From Spirochaetia bacterium (lineage in GTDB: Bacteria > Spirochaetota > Spirochaetia > UBA9216): a DNA stretch of 64,000 bases. Under the pieces are notes generated by a model that was not told where the DNA came from, made no database searches, and worked only from the letters and a program-made list of their open reading frames with translations. Within the stretch, counting starts at the first letter, position 1. The number at the start of each line of letters is the position of its first letter. The stretch lies in the NCBI GenBank assembly GCA_963677925.2, contig CAXXYH010000003.1, positions 1,184,001-1,248,000 of the forward strand. Reading direction: 5' to 3'. Both the position numbers and the translations under genes were made by a program. Of the stretch, positions 59,778 through 64,000 are shown one piece after another.

Positions 59778-61007
59778 TTACTCCTCAATAATATCGCAGC
59801 AGAGGATATAGGGTATGTTATTTCCATCAGAAAAAGGCAGGGCTATAGTTGTACAGAGGTGTCCCGAGTTCCTTGAGATGTATTTCTTTGTAGTATATTT
59901 ATGAAGCCCGGTGCTGAAGTGAAAGAAATAACTCTTGTAGGAATGATCGAACCCGGCAGACGAGACATGAAAGAGTCTGCTTTTCGGGGAAAAGTCATCA
60001 CTGAAGACACAGTCGCCAACCTGAATACCGTTTTCATCAAGGATATAGACACAGTCAATGACAGCCTGCCGGTTTACGGCAGTGTGCAGGTATTTGTGAA
60101 AACCATGATTCGGCATTGCTGAAAGTTCAAGAATAAACTGGGACATCACGGTATCATATCGTGTAAAATTAAGGTGTCGGTTCTTCACCATCTGGAGGGT
60201 CCTGTTCCTGAATCCCGAAGCAACCGGAACAGCATCAGCCGCCTGAAGAACGTATAGCTCCTCAGTTTCCTGAGGATGCAGGATAAGGAAGCCCTGGAGC
60301 AGGTCGGAACCGTATTCAAGCGAAGTTACGGCTTCATCTTCGGTCTCAACCCCCTCGACAATAACAACAGCCCCTACCTGATGTGAAATTGAGTTTATCG
60401 CCTGAACTATTTCTTTCTTATAGATATCATTCTCAATGTTTCTGACAAGAGCACTGTCTATTTTAATAATATCCGGCTGAAGAATTACAACCCTCTCAAG
60501 GTTTGACAGAGTTTTGCCTGTACCCGTAAGCGCTATCAGAAATCCGGATTTTTTGAAAGCATCAATCGAGCTTTTCAGAACCTCAATGCTGTTGATATCA
60601 GATTCCAGAATTTCAAGTATTATTGAAGCAGGGCTTAAACCGGCTTTGATAGCCATATCAGTAATTTCTTCTGCAGATGTATCAATACTTAATATAGTCG
60701 GCTCCAGATTTACTGCAAGCAGAAGGTCTCGGTCATCCTTTTGAATCCTGCCGAAGCGTTCAAAAGCTTTTCTTAGGCAAAGCCTGTCAAGATCAGCTGC
60801 AGTGGTAGTTCTCCGGCCCATATAAAAAAGCAGTTCCGGATTGACCAGTTCTCTGTCGGAAGTCAAGCCGCGGCTTAAAGCTTCTACTATCACGGTTCTG
60901 TTCTCTGAACCTGAGACAATAGGCTGAAAACAGGTGATGACAGATTCATTCTCTAAAATCCAGTGATAGTCTTTTTCTGTGACATTCTGTAGCACTTTAT
61001 ATTCCAT
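59778..61007 (-). CDS. EAL-domain protein (degenerate) with YkuI-like C-terminal sensor
   Basis: FQPIV, VEALSR, EILE, IKID, VEGVET, QGF; ALTGTG replaces ALDDFG. Confidence 0.85.
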   Translation of the reverse strand: MEYKVLQNVTEKDYHWILENESVITCFQPIVSGSENRTVIVEALSRGLTSDRELVNPELLFYMGRRTTTAADLDRLCLRKAFERFGRIQKDDRDLLLAVNLEPTILSIDTSAEEITDMAIKAGLSPASIILEILESDINSIEVLKSSIDAFKKSGFLIALTGTGKTLSNLERVVILQPDIIKIDSALVRNIENDIYKKEIVQAINSISHQVGAVVIVEGVETEDEAVTSLEYGSDLLQGFLILHPQETEELYVLQAADAVPVASGFRNRTLQMVKNRHLNFTRYDTVMSQFILELSAMPNHGFHKYLHTAVNRQAVIDCVYILDENGIQVGDCVFSDDFSPKSRLFHVSSAGFDHSYKSYFFHFSTGLHKYTTKKYISRNSGHLCTTIALPFSDGNNIPYILCCDIIEE

Positions 61008-61064
61008 ATCAGTTTATTCCTGCTCTATTAATCGGCCTGGGCCCATGTAAATTATAGGAAAAAA

Positions 61065-62702
61065 CTATCTCCTATTCAAATCAAGCGCATAATTTGCCGC
61101 ATGCTCAAATGTATCAATAAAATGTATTTTTTCTGTGGTTTCAGTTATACCGCTCCGGTTAAGTTCACCAAGTACAGATTCATTAACACCTGAAAAAATA
61201 ACTGTAACACCTGAGTGTCTAAGAACCCTTAAAACTCCCTTTATATTCATAAGTCCTGTCATATCAATAAATGGTACATGTCTCATCCTGATAATAAGTA
61301 TATGACAGTCACAGGCAATTGAACGTATATTCTCTGCGTAGTGTCTTGCCAGACCGAAGAACATCGGTCCGCTTATCTCATAGACACAGATATCTTCAGG
61401 AAGGTCGGAATAGCTGTCTATTATATCCCTGTCCACCTCCGGAGGAATCTTTCCGCTCATATCAGCCATTCTGCGCATAAACAGCATGGATGCCAGAACA
61501 ACACCGACTTCAATTGCCATTGTCAAATCAACCAGTACAGTCAGAATAAATGTCACCAGCAGTATCAGAATATCAGAAGCGGCTCCCCTGAAAACCGAAA
61601 CAAAGGATCTCCATTCACTCATATTATAGGCGACAACTATCAAAATACCGGCAAGCGTGGACATCGGAATTAATTTGGCAAATCGTCCGAGAAAAAGCAT
61701 TATCATCAGCAGAGTCAGAGAATGAATGATACCTGCTATCGGAGTTCGTCCGCCGTTTTTAACGTTGGCTGCTGTACGGGCAATAGCACCTGTAGCAGGG
61801 ATGCCTCCGAAAAACGGGGTTACAATATTGGCAATCCCCTGCGCTATCAGTTCAGTGTTGGAACGGTGATTACCGCTTATCATCCCATCTGAAACAACAG
61901 CCGAAAGCAGCGACTCAATACCTCCAAGCAGCGCAATTGTTATTGCAGGCTGAATATAACGGGTTAAATCACCAGGGCTGAAATGCGGGAGAATAAACGT
62001 CATGCCGGAAGGTATTTCACCGAAAAACGATTCAATAGTAGTCACCGGAAGCCCTAACAGCTGCACTGCCAGGGTTGTAACCACAAGGGCAAATATTGAA
62101 CCCGGAACCTTTGAGGTCAGCTTCTTTGACAGAAGAACAATGAGTATGGTTACAGCGGTAATTATTAACGCATAAGGATTTATTGTGTGAAGCTCTGAGA
62201 TATACAGCTTCCATTTCCCGATAAAATCAGCCGGAACAGATGCAATATCAAGGCCGAGCGCATCCTTTATCTGTGTGGAGAATATTACAAGAGCTATTCC
62301 GCTTGTGAATCCTATTATCAGCGGCTGCGGGATATATTTCAGAAGAGAACCGAATTTTATCAGTCCGAAAATAACAAGAAGAATACCGGCCATTATAGTC
62401 GAAATCATCAGTCCTTCTATTCCGTATTCCATTGCAATGCCGTTTACAATTACAATGAAAGCACCGGTCGGACCGCCTATCTGAACACGGCTGCCGCCGA
62501 GCAGTGAAATAATAAATCCTGCAATGACAGCAGTAATAATTCCTTTTTCGGGAGAAACCCCGGAAGCCACGGCAAAGGCGATCGAAAGAGGCAGTGCAAC
62601 TATTCCGACAACTATGCCGGACATTATATCAGCGCTAATCTGCTGTCTGCTTACCCCCGCCTTGAGTAGTGAAAACAATTTTGGTTTGAATATTTTTTCC
62701 AT
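61065..62702 (-). CDS. SulP family anion transporter with STAS domain (DauA-like)
   Basis: ALPLSIAFA, GGSRVQIGGPTGAF, PATGAIART, GPMFFG. Confidence 0.95.
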   Translation of the reverse strand: MEKIFKPKLFSLLKAGVSRQQISADIMSGIVVGIVALPLSIAFAVASGVSPEKGIITAVIAGFIISLLGGSRVQIGGPTGAFIVIVNGIAMEYGIEGLMISTIMAGILLVIFGLIKFGSLLKYIPQPLIIGFTSGIALVIFSTQIKDALGLDIASVPADFIGKWKLYISELHTINPYALIITAVTILIVLLSKKLTSKVPGSIFALVVTTLAVQLLGLPVTTIESFFGEIPSGMTFILPHFSPGDLTRYIQPAITIALLGGIESLLSAVVSDGMISGNHRSNTELIAQGIANIVTPFFGGIPATGAIARTAANVKNGGRTPIAGIIHSLTLLMIMLFLGRFAKLIPMSTLAGILIVVAYNMSEWRSFVSVFRGAASDILILLVTFILTVLVDLTMAIEVGVVLASMLFMRRMADMSGKIPPEVDRDIIDSYSDLPEDICVYEISGPMFFGLARHYAENIRSIACDCHILIIRMRHVPFIDMTGLMNIKGVLRVLRHSGVTVIFSGVNESVLGELNRSGITETTEKIHFIDTFEHAANYALDLNRR

Positions 62703-62769
62703 ATCTCTCAGAGGATTACCCTATCTGAGAAACAAAATCAATCAGTTTGGCTGTTTTTTCGTCAGAAAA

Positions 62770-63900
62770 TCAACCATCCTGCGAAACTACCATATTTCTG
62801 CCGTGAGTTTTTGCATAATACAGCCTGATATCGGCAGATTTCAGAATTCCCTGAATTGAACCGGTTTCCGAAAAAGCTGCAATCCCGAAGCTGGCAGTAA
62901 GCTGATATTTACCGCAGAACCGGTGTTCTGCAATTATGGTCTTTAATCTCTGAGCAAGCTGTTCAGTACTGTCCAGCGGAGTTTCGGGACAAATAATAAG
63001 AAATTCCTCACCTCCCCATCGCCCGCAGACATCCACTTCCCTGATATGTTTACTAATTATGCCGGCGAATTCCACAAGAACCTTATCACCTGTATCATGA
63101 CCGTAGCTGTCATTAACATCTTTGAATAAGTCAATATCCATCAGTATTACACTGTATTCCTTGTTATACCGTATGGTCTTTCCCGTGACTTCTTTCAGCA
63201 CCTCATCAAGTTTTCTTCTATTATACATTGCTGTAAGACTGTCCCGGATTGACTGCTCAACTAGTACAGCGTTTACTGCTTCTATCTCTTTTTTATGATG
63301 AAAGCCCCGTACAAAACTGCGGTAATTCAGACTGATAAGAATAAAAGCGATCATCCCGTTGGAGATTACATCTGCACTGTAGCTTGATAAAATGATCTCC
63401 GGATGATATACCGGAAGAAGTATCAGAGCCGCAACACTAACTGCTGCATAACATATAAAACCCTGAATGTAATCAAGATAGAAAATTACCGCTATTCCGT
63501 AAAGCGCTGCGATATATATGGTAGGAATTCGTCCAAGATCGGCTTCAATCAGAATAAACCGGTAAAGAGCTATACCCATACCGGAAATAATGAAAAGCTG
63601 GACAAATATCTGTTTGGCAAATATTTTGGCTTTAAGCCCGGTTTTCATAAAAAGAAGACTGAATATCACAAAAAAAGCCATCAATAAAGATGAATATATA
63701 TAAACTGTCTTCATCAGAGATGGAATGTTGCTGACCCTGAAAGCATAAAACAGCTGTTCAACTACCAGAAATGCAGAAATTATGAGAATTCTGAATACAT
63801 TATTTTCAGACTGGTAGGTCCTGAATTCGAGTTTTTCACCGGGCTCAATCGGCTGACCGAATACGCTGATTTTAAGTTTTACAAACGTTTCCATTAACAC
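62770..63900 (-). CDS. Membrane-bound diguanylate cyclase
   Basis: About 6 TM; DSLTAMYNRR, DIDLFKDVND, REVD I-site, RWGGEEF. Confidence 0.92.
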   Translation of the reverse strand: MLMETFVKLKISVFGQPIEPGEKLEFRTYQSENNVFRILIISAFLVVEQLFYAFRVSNIPSLMKTVYIYSSLLMAFFVIFSLLFMKTGLKAKIFAKQIFVQLFIISGMGIALYRFILIEADLGRIPTIYIAALYGIAVIFYLDYIQGFICYAAVSVAALILLPVYHPEIILSSYSADVISNGMIAFILISLNYRSFVRGFHHKKEIEAVNAVLVEQSIRDSLTAMYNRRKLDEVLKEVTGKTIRYNKEYSVILMDIDLFKDVNDSYGHDTGDKVLVEFAGIISKHIREVDVCGRWGGEEFLIICPETPLDSTEQLAQRLKTIIAEHRFCGKYQLTASFGIAAFSETGSIQGILKSADIRLYYAKTHGRNMVVSQDG

Positions 63901-64000
63901 TTCGGAACCATACTAAATCGATTAACCCAAAACTTCAATATGGACACTGTTCAGTTTCTGCTAATTATCCTGAATAATGATGTCCCCATCGGTAAAATAT

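Overview
Chromosomal window, most likely from a free-living anaerobic spirochaete (inferred from the CPA2-EIIA antiporter, Treponema-like GAF-GGDEF, eukaryote-type UDP-glucose pyrophosphorylase, PPi-PFK and FlgO/PEGA protein; no database search was run). The flanks (1-9.8 kb and 33.9-64 kb) carry mostly housekeeping, transport and c-di-GMP genes: MCP, ABC-2 exporter, two SulP, ppk2, DGCs, radical SAM enzymes, paaK-iorAB-symporter-aminotransferase, leuCD, trxA, PPIase, pfp. The middle (about 9.9-33.8 kb) is visibly AT-richer, ends at a tRNA-Pro(GGG) with a duplicated 3' end, and has three parts. (i) A self-contained Firmicute-like beta-glucoside PTS with a RAT antiterminator. (ii) A SorC regulator / class I aldolase / Zn-dehydrogenase / APC permease / RibF-like kinase operon, my best candidate for a little-described pathway: anaerobic cleavage of the ribityl chain of riboflavin or FMN. 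(iii) A defence-type island (SAM methyltransferase, HNH, SF1 helicase-DUF2726, PLD-SF2 helicase-DUF3427, Fic) bracketed by two inverted, broken GxxExxY genes. Each GxxExxY gene is preceded by a conserved 37-bp repeat and hit by a 50-bp twin-hairpin mini-element. Other oddities: a GNAT-membrane fusion gene inside a 32-bp direct repeat, a perfect 48-bp palindrome, a standalone MshEN-like protein and two unannotated small ORFs. Family calls come from motifs read by eye.
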